Shown in pieces: positions 37,662 to 47,951 of a DNA stretch of 64,000 nucleotides. Made by a program: the position numbers and the translations under genes. The notes beneath the pieces are model-generated. The model did no database searches and was not told where the DNA came from. It saw only the letters and a list, made by a program, of their open reading frames with translations. The DNA is taken from contig JAURAC010000010.1 of the NCBI GenBank assembly GCA_030586555.1, positions 1 through 64,000 on the forward strand. Direction: 5' to 3'. Each line of letters starts with the position of its first letter. Positions within the stretch are counted from its first letter, which is position 1. The stretch comes from Candidatus Subterrananammoxibius californiae. Lineage in GTDB: Bacteria; Planctomycetota; Brocadiia; Brocadiales; Subterrananammoxibiaceae.

Positions 37662-39971
37662 TTATAGCATCATCACAGGGTCAACATCAATGATAGCTTG
37701 TACCCCTTTTGATGGTCTGAGTTCGTCTTTTGCATCTTCGAGCATTTTTTGGAACGTTTCGTAGATTTGCGCCTTTGCTAAGATGTGCCATCTGAATTTG
37801 TTTTTTATCCTCGTAATTGGAGAAGGGGCTGGTCCAAGCACCTGTAGAGACGCAAAATCTTGCCCGCCTACCATCTGTCGGGCAGGTGTTTCAACAAACG
37901 ATTTTGCAAAATTTCTTAGTCTCTCTGCTACAATAAAAGACCTTTCCTTAACCGCTTCTAACTTACTACCTCGAAAAAGTATCATTAGCAGTTTCGAGTA
38001 AGGCGGGTAATTGAGTTGCTTACGATATTCGAGTTCCCTGCTTGCAAATTTTTTATAGTCATGCGTGGCGGCGCAAACAATACTATACTGGGCTGGATTA
38101 AATGACTGTATGACAACCCTTCCACCCTTCGGTCCTCTACCTGTGCGGCCTGATGCCTGAGCAAGTAACTGAAACGTCCTTTCACTGGCACGAAAGTCTG
38201 GAATGTTAAGCATCGTATCCGCAGATACAATTCCTACAAGGGTAACATTCGGGAAATCAAAACCCTTTGCAATCATCTGCGTGCCGAGGAGGATGTCTAC
38301 GTCTCCACGACGAAATGACGAAAGCGCCTTATCGTACACATTACGCCCCCTCATTGTATCGCTATCCATTCTCAGCACATTATGTCCAGGAAACTTTTTC
38401 TTAACCTCATCCTCAATCTTTTCCGTTCCAAACCCAAAGTGTTTTAAGGCTGTGTTCCCGCACTCAGGACATTGCTCAGGCGCTGTCGCCTCGTAGTGAC
38501 AATAGTGACAGATGGCTCGAGAAATCTTTTTATGATAATTCAGCGCTATATCGCACCTCTTGCATTTCAACACAAATCCACACCTTTTGCAAGTAATAAA
38601 AGGCGTAAAACCACGCCTGTTGAGAAACAAGATTACCTGCTCCCTTCGTGCAAGGGTTTGTTCCATGCATTTCTCTAAGAGCCGGGACATGTAATGATAT
38701 CCCTTTCTTTCATGAAGTTCTTGACGCATATCCACCACATCAACAGGCGGCAACGGTCTTCCTTCAACCCTTTTATGCAAAACAACCCTCTCGTAATTCC
38801 CAATCTGAGCGTTGCAAAAACTTTCAAGCGAAGGTGTGGCTGTACCTAATATTACGAGCGCATTGGCATGTCTTGCACGCATTATTGCCACGTCACGGGC
38901 GTGATAGCGTGGCACGTTATCTTGCTTATACGTGTTCTCATGTTCTTCGTCTATTATTATTACACCAAGATTATTTAAAGGGGCGAAAACGGCTGAACGA
39001 GCACCGATAACCACATCTGCCTTTCCCTCTTTTATTGTTTGCCATTGCTGGTGATGCTGGCCTCCAGAGAGGTTGCTATGGAGCACTGCAATATTATCAA
39101 AACGAGCCTTGAATCGCCAGATGGTCTGCGGGGTAAGGGCAATCTCTGGAACAAGCACAATAGCCTTGCGGCCTCTACGGATTGCTTCTTGAATGGTTTG
39201 TAGATAAACTTCTGTCTTTCCACTGCCGGTTATTCCCTGTAATAAGATAACGCCAAATCTTTCTTCTGCCAATTTGTTTCTGGCAAGGTCAAGGGCAATC
39301 TTTTGCTCATCTGTGGGGGTTAAGTGTTGTGATTTCGTTATATGTTCTTGAGTAATGGCTTCTATGGTGGGTATTTTGGTAAACTTGACTAAGCCGAGCT
39401 GCGCAAGTCTGGAAAATCCAGACGAACCACACCCACTTAAATCCTCAAGGTCCCTTCTTGTTATGCCACCCTCGGCGTCAAGCAATATTTCAAGTGCACG
39501 AGCCTGTTTTGGAGAGCGTTTCCTGAGATTTGTTAGTTCGGTCTTTACATCTTCTTTATCTTTTGCAAGTTCAACTATTTGAATAGACTTGCTTCGAAGA
39601 CCCTTTCTAACACTACTCGGCAAAACCGCATCGAGCGCCTCTCCCCAACCACAAAAATAATGGTCTGCCATCCATCTTGTAATACTGAGCATACTTTTGT
39701 CTAATATTAGCTCATGATTGAATACCTTTATTATGTCCTTTGCCACTCTAACCTGCGGAGTATCTACAAAACCGACGCAGTAGCCTATCATCTGCCTCTT
39801 TCCAAATGGAACCTTAACCAGTTTCCCAATCTTTATCTCCTCGGACATTGATGCTGGTACATGGTAGTGAAATTTTTTATCTATGGGGATGTTTAGCACA
39901 ACTTCGACATATTGTTCGCCTTTGCGTCCTGAACTTGATTCAGGATGCCTTTGGCATGACTCGATGCTCAA
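37662..39971 (-). CDS. priA: Primosomal protein N' (replication restart helicase)
   Basis: GITGSGKTEVY, LVPEIALTPQ, IIDEEHE, Cys-rich zinc region, GTQMIAKGFDFP. Confidence 0.97.
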   Translation of the reverse strand: MSIESCQRHPESSSGRKGEQYVEVVLNIPIDKKFHYHVPASMSEEIKIGKLVKVPFGKRQMIGYCVGFVDTPQVRVAKDIIKVFNHELILDKSMLSITRWMADHYFCGWGEALDAVLPSSVRKGLRSKSIQIVELAKDKEDVKTELTNLRKRSPKQARALEILLDAEGGITRRDLEDLSGCGSSGFSRLAQLGLVKFTKIPTIEAITQEHITKSQHLTPTDEQKIALDLARNKLAEERFGVILLQGITGSGKTEVYLQTIQEAIRRGRKAIVLVPEIALTPQTIWRFKARFDNIAVLHSNLSGGQHHQQWQTIKEGKADVVIGARSAVFAPLNNLGVIIIDEEHENTYKQDNVPRYHARDVAIMRARHANALVILGTATPSLESFCNAQIGNYERVVLHKRVEGRPLPPVDVVDMRQELHERKGYHYMSRLLEKCMEQTLARREQVILFLNRRGFTPFITCKRCGFVLKCKRCDIALNYHKKISRAICHYCHYEATAPEQCPECGNTALKHFGFGTEKIEDEVKKKFPGHNVLRMDSDTMRGRNVYDKALSSFRRGDVDILLGTQMIAKGFDFPNVTLVGIVSADTMLNIPDFRASERTFQLLAQASGRTGRGPKGGRVVIQSFNPAQYSIVCAATHDYKKFASRELEYRKQLNYPPYSKLLMILFRGSKLEAVKERSFIVAERLRNFAKSFVETPARQMVGGQDFASLQVLGPAPSPITRIKNKFRWHILAKAQIYETFQKMLEDAKDELRPSKGVQAIIDVDPVMML

Positions 39972-40187
39972 TCTCTTTTCTCCGTAAGGAAATGGTCTAA
40001 TCAGATTGCAGAATGGCGATTGCGGAGTGCGGAATTATTCCGAAATCCGCATTGGTAGCATGGATGGTATCATAAACAAATTAGTGTGTCAAGGGTGGGC
40101 AGAGCTGAAATAGACTTCTGGGTTGAGATGGTGCTTTTCCCTTGACTTTAATTTTATTGAGATATAATATTAATTGTGTGGGGGTAG

Positions 40188-40829
40188 TTGCCCACTTTGG
40201 ACAGGGCGCCCCGAACTACATACGAGCAAGATAGCGAGGAACTAACAATGGCAAAAACGAGGCGAATTGATGTCAAAAAGGCAGTTTTGATCCATGGTGT
40301 CTATGATGAGGACGTTACTCAATTATACGATATCCACAGCCACGGACTAAATAAATATGGACATTCAGAATTTAGAATCCTGTGCGAATCTCTGTTTGTG
40401 CCTGATGCGGTGAGAATTATTGATGAAATTGCAGACTATCTGCTAAATCAATGTGAAGGTACAATAAAAGCAGGCGACACTATTACTTTAAATGGAAGGG
40501 AAGTAAGGTTCTCACCCGGTACTGACCACGAGAGTGATTCCGAGATGCTTCTTGTAGAGGGTATTCCTGGGGCTTATACATGCGGCTGGGAAAGCGCACG
40601 TCTGCCAAAAAAAGACAAAAAAGGTAATAGAAGGTTCCTATGTTTGGCTGAATCAAGGATAGGACGCGTGTATAGGGATGAAAATTTTATTTATCTTCAA
40701 TATGGAAGAACCACTACCAGCCTATTGCCGCAGGAATTCGCCATATATAGAAACATGTTGAATAAAGTGCCTATCAAAGATAAGTCTTTGTTGGAAGGTA
40801 AGCTGACAAAGAGGAGAAAAAAAAATTAG
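40188..40829 (+). CDS. Hypothetical protein; probable start ATG at 40248
   Basis: ORF with GAGGA RBS before MAKTRR; HSHGLNKYGHSEF motif; upstream TTGACT/TATAAT-like elements at 40142-40170. Confidence 0.6.
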   Translation: MPTLDRAPRTTYEQDSEELTMAKTRRIDVKKAVLIHGVYDEDVTQLYDIHSHGLNKYGHSEFRILCESLFVPDAVRIIDEIADYLLNQCEGTIKAGDTITLNGREVRFSPGTDHESDSEMLLVEGIPGAYTCGWESARLPKKDKKGNRRFLCLAESRIGRVYRDENFIYLQYGRTTTSLLPQEFAIYRNMLNKVPIKDKSLLEGKLTKRRKKN

Positions 40830-40920
40830 TAGATAGTAGTTAGTAGACAGTAGACAGGGATATGAAGCGGAGTGATTCACAGTATACAGTCTACTATTTC
40901 CTGTTTACTTTTCTTTAAAT

Positions 40921-40999
40921 GGTGAGTGTAGCTCAGCTGGTTTAGAGCATCAGACTGTGGCTCTGAGGGTCGCGGGTTCGAATCCCGTCACTCACCCCA
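40921..40999 (+). tRNA. tRNA-His (GTG)
   Basis: G-1 plus GTGAGTG acceptor stem, anticodon arm TCAGA-CTGTGGC-TCTGA, GGTTCGAATCC, ends CCCA. Confidence 0.96.
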
Positions 41000-41541
41000 T
41001 ACTTTTCAACGGTTTATAACCAAAAATCTCAGAAGGACTTGCGTAATAACCTATTATCATAAAGAACTTTACGCATGTCCTTTTTCATTAACCCCTTCCA
41101 TTGTTTCTGTTATAGATTCTATCAGGTCTTTTTACCCCTTTTTAGCCCTCTCATGGACACCATATGGACACCAGATTCTCACTAAAATCTCACACCAGAA
41201 TATCCGGGCGCCTTCTCAGGAAAGTAAAATTGCCGATCTGGTAGATCCATTTCACCGAACAGAGCCCAGGTTCAAAGTTACTTTTATGTGTGAAATGACT
41301 CGACCTAAAAGTTTATTGTAAAGACAGTAAAAAACAAACCGGGAAAAGCTTAATTTGAGAAGATAAATTACTTGAAAATGGGGGGAAAAACAGTACAATA
41401 TATGCACTAAAACAACGAGTGTTTACGGTTAGCGTAGTTAAATAAACTGTAAAACGCGCTAAGCTATATCTGTTAATACTGCTTGTGGAAGCTGTTAAGG
41501 TAAGCAGACACAAAATAAATATCTTAACAAGAGATTAAAGT

Positions 41542-43320
41542 ATGGTCCCATTCCGGTATTTCTTTGGCTTGCCTTCCGTTGATGGTTTCAAACGAAGAAA
41601 TTTGTTTCTCCTCTCTCAAAAAACAACCAAAAAAAACTCACATCTTTTAAAACACGGCTTTATTTTGTTGAACATTTTTACTCTTGCAATTGTCGGTCTG
41701 GGCTTCTATGCCTTGCACGTATCACCATATACAGAAATTAGACTGATTATTGATAATAACGCATGGGTTGTAAACCATAAAGATTGCAACAGTCCATCAG
41801 CCGCAACAAATATCTCTGTTGGAGATAAACTCGTTAAGATCGGAAACATTTTTGTAGATAAAGATGATTTTATGAGATTTCCAGAATTCTTTCTTAAAAG
41901 ATCAGAAAGAACGTGGTGGAATAAGCAAAAGGCATTTTATGAAACGCTTCGGAATAATGACACTGTCAGTATAGAAATTAACCGTGATGGTAATACACAA
42001 ACGTTTGTAACTATTAATATCAGAAAGAATATGCCTTTATCCCAAATTGTAAAAAGAACCATTCTTATATATGTAAGTTCCTTACTCAGCATGGTGATTG
42101 GGATACTTTCCTTTTTACGACGACCCACATCATTGCTAAATGTACTTTGTGCTTTCTTCTCAGGTTTTGGTTCACTCTATTTGGCAAGCGTTGCACCAAT
42201 AGCGAGTCGGGATTTGGTACTATCACCGTTATTATTCCATATACTTCTTATTGGAACATTTATTGGCGCTGGAGGCTTAATAACACTCGTCCACTTTTCT
42301 TTGGTCTTCCCGAAACAAAAGTCATTCATCTTGTCTCATCCAAAGGGCATTTATTTCTTATATATTTACTCTCTTTTGGTGCTTTTCCTCTATCTTTCTG
42401 GAATCTGTGCCTTTGGGATGTTTTTCCCTTTTTTATCGATATGGACAATGATAATGATATGTGCCTTCTTTCATGCGTGGGTTAAGGAACAGGACCCTTT
42501 CTTAAAGCAACAAATAAGTCTAAGTCTAATCGCGCCTGTAATTGGAGGTGTCGTGTTCGTTTTTGCTAATCTTTTACCTGCCTTCATTGGTTTGCCAACT
42601 CTGGATTTTAATTATTTTGCCCTTATCACCCTCATACTTCCTTTTACCCTTTCATTTGCTATAGAAAATTATCATCTCTACAAAGAGAAAAATAAAAACG
42701 ACCTGGAGAACCAAAGAGAAAGGACAAGAATAATGGAAGAACTTCACGACAACTTGGGTAACGACTTGATAAATATAAAAATGTTTAGTGAGGTTATCAC
42801 CAAGTACCTTCCAGAAGATATTGAAAAAGCAAGAGAATACGTAACCCTCATAAAGGATGCTTCGAAAAGTAGCATGGAACAATTAAGGGATTTCCTACGG
42901 GCCATTGATACAAAATATGCTACATGGGATGATTTAATAAATCAGTTTAAAGAATATGGCTCAATGCTCCTGCAGGCAAGGGATGTAAATTTTGTATTTC
43001 ATACGTTGAACAGTGAAGCGACACATATGACTTCCTCTGTGAGGTTTAATTTGTACAGGATTTATAAAGAAGCTTTAGGTAATATTCTTAAACATGCTGA
43101 AGCAAAAAATGTACAAATAACTATATCTCTATCCACTAATGAAATCGAGATGAAAGTGGAAGATGATGGTAAAGGTTTTATCACAGAAGAAGTGTCAGGT
43201 AATGAATGCCACGGTATTAAAAATATGCAAAAAAGGACAAAAGAGATGGATGGGACTTTTACTCTTTATTCAGCGGAAGGGAAAGGTACACAGGTTTACA
43301 TAAGGATTCCCATTGGGTGA
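41542..43320 (+). CDS. Membrane sensor histidine kinase (HisKA_3/NarX-like) with PDZ-like extracytoplasmic domain
   Basis: ISVGDKLVKIG, about 7 TM helices, RIMEELHDNLG, EALGNILKHA, DDGKGF, HGIKNMQKR. Confidence 0.9.
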   Translation: MVPFRYFFGLPSVDGFKRRNLFLLSQKTTKKNSHLLKHGFILLNIFTLAIVGLGFYALHVSPYTEIRLIIDNNAWVVNHKDCNSPSAATNISVGDKLVKIGNIFVDKDDFMRFPEFFLKRSERTWWNKQKAFYETLRNNDTVSIEINRDGNTQTFVTINIRKNMPLSQIVKRTILIYVSSLLSMVIGILSFLRRPTSLLNVLCAFFSGFGSLYLASVAPIASRDLVLSPLLFHILLIGTFIGAGGLITLVHFSLVFPKQKSFILSHPKGIYFLYIYSLLVLFLYLSGICAFGMFFPFLSIWTMIMICAFFHAWVKEQDPFLKQQISLSLIAPVIGGVVFVFANLLPAFIGLPTLDFNYFALITLILPFTLSFAIENYHLYKEKNKNDLENQRERTRIMEELHDNLGNDLINIKMFSEVITKYLPEDIEKAREYVTLIKDASKSSMEQLRDFLRAIDTKYATWDDLINQFKEYGSMLLQARDVNFVFHTLNSEATHMTSSVRFNLYRIYKEALGNILKHAEAKNVQITISLSTNEIEMKVEDDGKGFITEEVSGNECHGIKNMQKRTKEMDGTFTLYSAEGKGTQVYIRIPIG

Positions 43321-43485
43321 TAATCTAATTTAAAAATTCACCCAATTGGGTTATATACAAAGCTAATTTCTATCGTTATACTATTTTTTATATTTGTGGT
43401 AGTCGGTCCAGGTTAAATCTCTAACCAAAAATTTGCTTTGCGCACTAAAAAGTGCAAATTGTCGATTCAAAGGAGCAAAATAAAA

Positions 43486-44133
43486 ATGCCTATTAATGCA
43501 ACTATCATAGAAGATGATAAGAAATTACTTGAATGCCTAAATATACTTCTGGATGGCTCAAAAGTTATAAAGGTAATTGGGGCTTTCCCCTCGGGGGAAA
43601 AAGCATTAGAAGCAATAGCTAATATACCACCAGATGTTGTCATTGTTGACCTCCATCTTCCAGACATTTCTGGTATTGAAGTAATTGAAGAGATAAAGAG
43701 ATTTTCACCAGAAGTAGACATTTTAGTTCTTACTAAGTTTGATGATGATGAGCATTTATTCTCTGCCCTCAAAGCCGGGGCAGTTGGTTACCTATTAAAG
43801 GATGCCTCCCCTGCGGAGATAATCAAGGCGATTGACGAAGTTTATAGGGGTTATGCACCAATGTCTGGAAGAATCGCCAGGCGTATCTTAGAAAAGTTTC
43901 ATGACCTTCCAAAGCTAAAAAAGCATAATGACACGGTTCTCACTCAAAGGGAAAATGAAATCTTGAAAATACTTTCCAATGGATTCACCCCAAAAGAAAT
44001 AGGAGGTAAGTTATTTATAGATTATGAGACTGTTCGTTCCCACTTAAAACACATATACAAAAAGCTTCATGCAAGCTCTAAAATAGAGGCAATTACCAAG
44101 GCCAAGGATAAGAGACTAATTCTAGGAGATTAG
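43486..44133 (+). CDS. NarL/LuxR-family response regulator
   Basis: IIEDD, VDLHLP, GAVGYLLK, LTQRENEIL, TVRSHLKHIYKKL. Confidence 0.93.
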   Translation: MPINATIIEDDKKLLECLNILLDGSKVIKVIGAFPSGEKALEAIANIPPDVVIVDLHLPDISGIEVIEEIKRFSPEVDILVLTKFDDDEHLFSALKAGAVGYLLKDASPAEIIKAIDEVYRGYAPMSGRIARRILEKFHDLPKLKKHNDTVLTQRENEILKILSNGFTPKEIGGKLFIDYETVRSHLKHIYKKLHASSKIEAITKAKDKRLILGD

Positions 44134-44216
44134 ATAAATTATACTGCTCCCCATTAAGAAGTGAGGTGCAAATTAGGAGAAAATCTCCTATAATTTCACC
44201 TCAGAAAGGGGAGCTT

Positions 44217-44510
44217 ATGAAATACCGTAAATGGGACCCAAAAACCAAAATGAGAATTGTCCTTGAAGGCATGGGAAATAAGATGCCGCTGGCCGAGCTC
44301 TGTAACAAGTACCAAATCGGTCAAGGCCAGTTTTACTACTGGCTAAAAGAACTCCAGAGCAAAGGACACAAGGTCTTTGAATCTGAAAAACAAACTAAAA
44401 AAGAACAAAGGTTGCTTGAAGAAATCAATAAACTCAAGCGTATTATCGCAGAACTGAGCATCGAGCTTAAAAAAACAGAACTCGAGTTACAAGAAGGAGG
44501 CGAACTGTGA
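44217..44510 (+). CDS. IS3-family transposase OrfA (HTH)
   Basis: KMRIVLEG...LAELCNKYQIGQGQFYYW plus leucine-zipper-like tail. Confidence 0.88.
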   Translation: MKYRKWDPKTKMRIVLEGMGNKMPLAELCNKYQIGQGQFYYWLKELQSKGHKVFESEKQTKKEQRLLEEINKLKRIIAELSIELKKTELELQEGGEL

Positions 44511-45268
44511 GAAGGCAAATTGAAGATAAGCGCATCCTTCTTCAAATTCAGATGATTAAGTCCGAACACCCCTTTTGGGGTTATAGGCGTGTCTGGGCCT
44601 ATATGAAGTATCGCCTTAATCAAACTGTAAACAAGAAGCGTATCTACCGCATTATGAAAGAAAACAATCTTTTAGTAACGCCTAATCTAAGACTCAAGGC
44701 CAGGCGTGATAACCAGTCCAACAGGAATAAGCCCAGGGCTAACCGGCCAAATCAATTCTGGGGCACAGACATGACAAAGGTCCTCATTGGCCCTTTTGGC
44801 TGGCTATACTTGGTCGTCGTCCTTGACTGGCATACCAAAAAGATAGTGGGCTGCTCTATTTCAAGCCATTCTCGTACCGAGGACTGGCTCGATGCCCTTA
44901 ACGACGCCTGTAACAGGCAATTTCCTGCTGGCGTACTGCGGAAACAAGAAGGACTTTACCTGGTCAGCGATAATGGCTCACAGCCGACTTCAAAGAAATA
45001 CATGCAAGCATGCTCCGTGTTAGAAATCAAGCAGGTCTTTGCCAGTTACAATAACCCAAAAGGCAACGCAGACACAGAACGGGTAATGAGAACCATCAAA
45101 GAGGACCTTTTCTGGATAAGAGAGTTTTCATCACCCATTGAATTCACAGAGGCGTTCAGGAAATGGGTTGAGGATTACAACAATGATTATCCCCACTCAA
45201 CCCTCGATTACTTAACACCGTGTCAATTTGAGAAAGAACAGTTACTCCAAACTGCAGGAGCAAATTAA
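44507..45268 (+). CDS. IS3-family transposase OrfB (rve DDE)
   Basis: WGYRRV, WGTDMT, SDNGSQ, GNADTER, YNNDYPHSTL; GTGA overlap with orfA. Confidence 0.92.
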   Translation: MRRQIEDKRILLQIQMIKSEHPFWGYRRVWAYMKYRLNQTVNKKRIYRIMKENNLLVTPNLRLKARRDNQSNRNKPRANRPNQFWGTDMTKVLIGPFGWLYLVVVLDWHTKKIVGCSISSHSRTEDWLDALNDACNRQFPAGVLRKQEGLYLVSDNGSQPTSKKYMQACSVLEIKQVFASYNNPKGNADTERVMRTIKEDLFWIREFSSPIEFTEAFRKWVEDYNNDYPHSTLDYLTPCQFEKEQLLQTAGAN

Positions 45269-45495
45269 AGATGTCAGATTTATTAAAAAAGGGGTTGAAG
45301 GGGGAAAATAATTTTCCCCCTTCCACACCAGACATATATCCAGCAAATGGGATGACACAGCCGGTAGTTTCGGCAGTGGCAGCCTATTTGCCGAGTAAAA
45401 TAAAGGCACAACACGTGACATTTTCTACTGGTTGTCGTACTACTAAAAATTACACTTGACTAACAGGGAGCAGTACAAAATAAGGTTTTTTTTAT

Positions 45496-45543
45496 CATAG
45501 CTGTCCAAATTAGCTTTCTAGAGAAATCATTTGGACAGTAATA
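45496..45543. repeat. 48-bp palindromic element made of IS4-like ends
   Basis: CATAGCTGTCCAAATTA is identical to the reverse complement of the IS4 right end (6050-6066) and pairs with ATTTGGACAGTAATA. Confidence 0.7.
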
Positions 45544-45705
45544 TTCATGTATATGATTTTATGACGTTGATATATGACGATAACTTTTGGCTCGTTAATA
45601 TATCCAAAATATAGTTTCATTATCAAGGAAAACAAAATAGCAGGTATTGTTGTTGATGGTATTTCCATAGTAAAGAAGTTAGCAGTTTTATTGGGGGAAT
45701 GAATT

Positions 45706-47838
45706 GTGAACGATTTGAGGCCAGAGGCTGTCGCCAGGAAAATCTTCGATATGTTGACAACGGGTTCTCAGCCATTATCAGAATTCGCACCGGAATGGAG
45801 AAATGAAGCCTCATCATATCTCGATACGTGCAAGAAGCTATTTCCAGAGGAACACGAACGACGTAAGCGTCTTGAGTTCTACCAAGAGGCGTGTGTGAAA
45901 TTTGGGTTGGAGAATGTACCGCATATCTTGGTCAAGTGGTTGTTCTTAATTCTTTTCGAAGATTTTAATACGTTATATAGTCTTGCTGATAATAAATGTT
46001 GTCTTGACATCCTTTTGACAGGGATAACACGTGCTTGTGTTGAAGAAATATTAGAAAAATACAAACAAGGCGCTAAAAAAGAAGAATTCTCTAAAGTAGC
46101 AAAGCTTTATTACGTCCGCTTGAAAGAATGGGATTTAGACGAAGTTTTATCTCGTTTTAGGACAAATGTGTTACTACAAGTTAATGACAGCATATCGGAA
46201 GAAGAATCATCGTCTTTATCGAAAGAAAAGTGTTTGGCAAGTGTTGGCGTTGCTCTTTTCGAAGAGTTCAAAGAATGTAAAGGAGTAATTCAAGCACTTA
46301 CAGAATCCTTAGAGAAAAACATTAATGAGTTTTCGTCAGGAAGATGGACGCAAGCTTTTCTCGATGCATGTATTTCTGAACGACCTTCCACGATGGTGGC
46401 AGGGGTATATTTCTTCAACCTTATTTACAGGGGCTTGATTTCTGATAACCCCACTAATCTTGATTTTCTCATTGCAAAGTGTCGGGAGTATTTTAATCAG
46501 GACAATATGGACATGCTTGTAGGTAAGGTTTTCGAGTGGGTAATAGACAAAGGGTCTAACAAAGACGTTTCGACTCACATCCAGAGAGCACTTTCCCTTT
46601 CTAAAGTGTATAGTGATACACATACTAATCGTAAGTTGATAGAAGAGTTTAGCCAATACACGCTGCTTCAAGAAAATAACCAGCAGGGGTTTGTCAGGAT
46701 TGCCTTTAAACTCTTACAAAGTTCAACGTCCCTAGACCCTATGGAAAGGATAAAGTGTCGGAAAGAAATTGAGGAACTTCTACTTAAGGACACGGTGGAG
46801 TCTAATGTAGTTTCAAGTGAAAATGCAAAGCACAATCTGGATGTGGTGAGAAAGGTTCTTCATGAAATTCCATGGAAGGTAACGCAGTCGGAACGTGTAC
46901 CCAGAGATATTAAGAATGAAGTAGGTGCGTTGTTAAGCAAAACTTATGAAACCTTCCAAAGATACGCTACACAAAAAGTTAACCAGAAGCTGGCTCAGGA
47001 AAAAGCCTTGCAAGAAATCGCAACGTATGGAATGAATTATACTGAAGACAAAATCCGAACGCAAATAACAGTAACCGATCGCAGCGGTAAACGTCTTTGG
47101 CATAAGGACAAAAATCTCATCGGGACAAAAGTTACTGATACACCATCAAATGCATTCGAAATGGAGAGTGGAGAGTTTATTAGAACAGTAGTACGGCCAT
47201 GGCGAGAAACATTGTGGCAATATTGCCGGTTTCCGGGATGGAATTATTATATATTTGTAGAAGGAGACTGGTATCCTTATGGTATAGAGAAAACGAGTAA
47301 AGAAAACACAGATAGGTTAACATTAACAAACCCAAAGCTTATTACCATTATTCATTCTTCACGGCGAGAAGGCAATCGTACTCATTTCAGAATTCGTATA
47401 GAAGGGGAAAATCAGGACAATGAGAGGGCTGCATGGGGTGGAGTAACTATTAACGTACCAACGATAAGTTCAAAGGATGTCCTTGACAACACAAAGATAC
47501 AAGCATGGAGCATCGGAAGTGCTCAACCTTTCTGGCGTTTACCAGGAGAAACGATATTTGGCTTTCTTGAAGACGATTCATTTGGTCAGAAGCAAGCGCA
47601 GTGTCTGTTTGTGGAAAGTGTTATTAACCTATGGAAACAGGGTTCTTGTATATCCCTCGAGGTTGCATTAACTACCCCTCTCACATCCTTGGAAGCACAC
47701 GTTAGAACATGGGCAACGTGGAAGAAAACCGATGGGGGGGAAAAGACCGATGGGGATCCCAGTTGGAGGGAACGCTTTGGGACTGGCACTACTCTTGACC
47801 AACAAAGAATTCCGGCTTATCAGATATTGATTGGTTAG
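45706..47838 (+). CDS. Hypothetical protein (helical N-terminal half, beta-rich C-terminal domain)
   Basis: 710 aa ORF, GTG start after GGGGGA; no family recognised. Confidence 0.75.
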   Translation: MNDLRPEAVARKIFDMLTTGSQPLSEFAPEWRNEASSYLDTCKKLFPEEHERRKRLEFYQEACVKFGLENVPHILVKWLFLILFEDFNTLYSLADNKCCLDILLTGITRACVEEILEKYKQGAKKEEFSKVAKLYYVRLKEWDLDEVLSRFRTNVLLQVNDSISEEESSSLSKEKCLASVGVALFEEFKECKGVIQALTESLEKNINEFSSGRWTQAFLDACISERPSTMVAGVYFFNLIYRGLISDNPTNLDFLIAKCREYFNQDNMDMLVGKVFEWVIDKGSNKDVSTHIQRALSLSKVYSDTHTNRKLIEEFSQYTLLQENNQQGFVRIAFKLLQSSTSLDPMERIKCRKEIEELLLKDTVESNVVSSENAKHNLDVVRKVLHEIPWKVTQSERVPRDIKNEVGALLSKTYETFQRYATQKVNQKLAQEKALQEIATYGMNYTEDKIRTQITVTDRSGKRLWHKDKNLIGTKVTDTPSNAFEMESGEFIRTVVRPWRETLWQYCRFPGWNYYIFVEGDWYPYGIEKTSKENTDRLTLTNPKLITIIHSSRREGNRTHFRIRIEGENQDNERAAWGGVTINVPTISSKDVLDNTKIQAWSIGSAQPFWRLPGETIFGFLEDDSFGQKQAQCLFVESVINLWKQGSCISLEVALTTPLTSLEAHVRTWATWKKTDGGEKTDGDPSWRERFGTGTTLDQQRIPAYQILIG

Positions 47839-47951
47839 AAAAGTCATTCGTGTATTAAAATAATACCTTTATTAGACCTGTTTCTGACAGGTTTGGGAGT
47901 CGTAAATTTAAAATGTATTTAGTCTTGGCTTGTACAGGTTAGGGGCATATT

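Larger units (their letters stand above)
44140..45477 (+). mobile_element. IS3-family insertion sequence with 4-bp target-site duplication
   Basis: IRL TATACTGCTCCCCATTAAGAAGTG; IRR reverse complement TGTACTGCTCCCTGTTAGTCAAGTG; AAAT on both sides. Confidence 0.88.

Noticed and set aside
45271..45459. Passenger gene inside the IS3 element
   Set aside because: 62 aa with no recognisable motif; cannot be distinguished from non-coding IS sequence.
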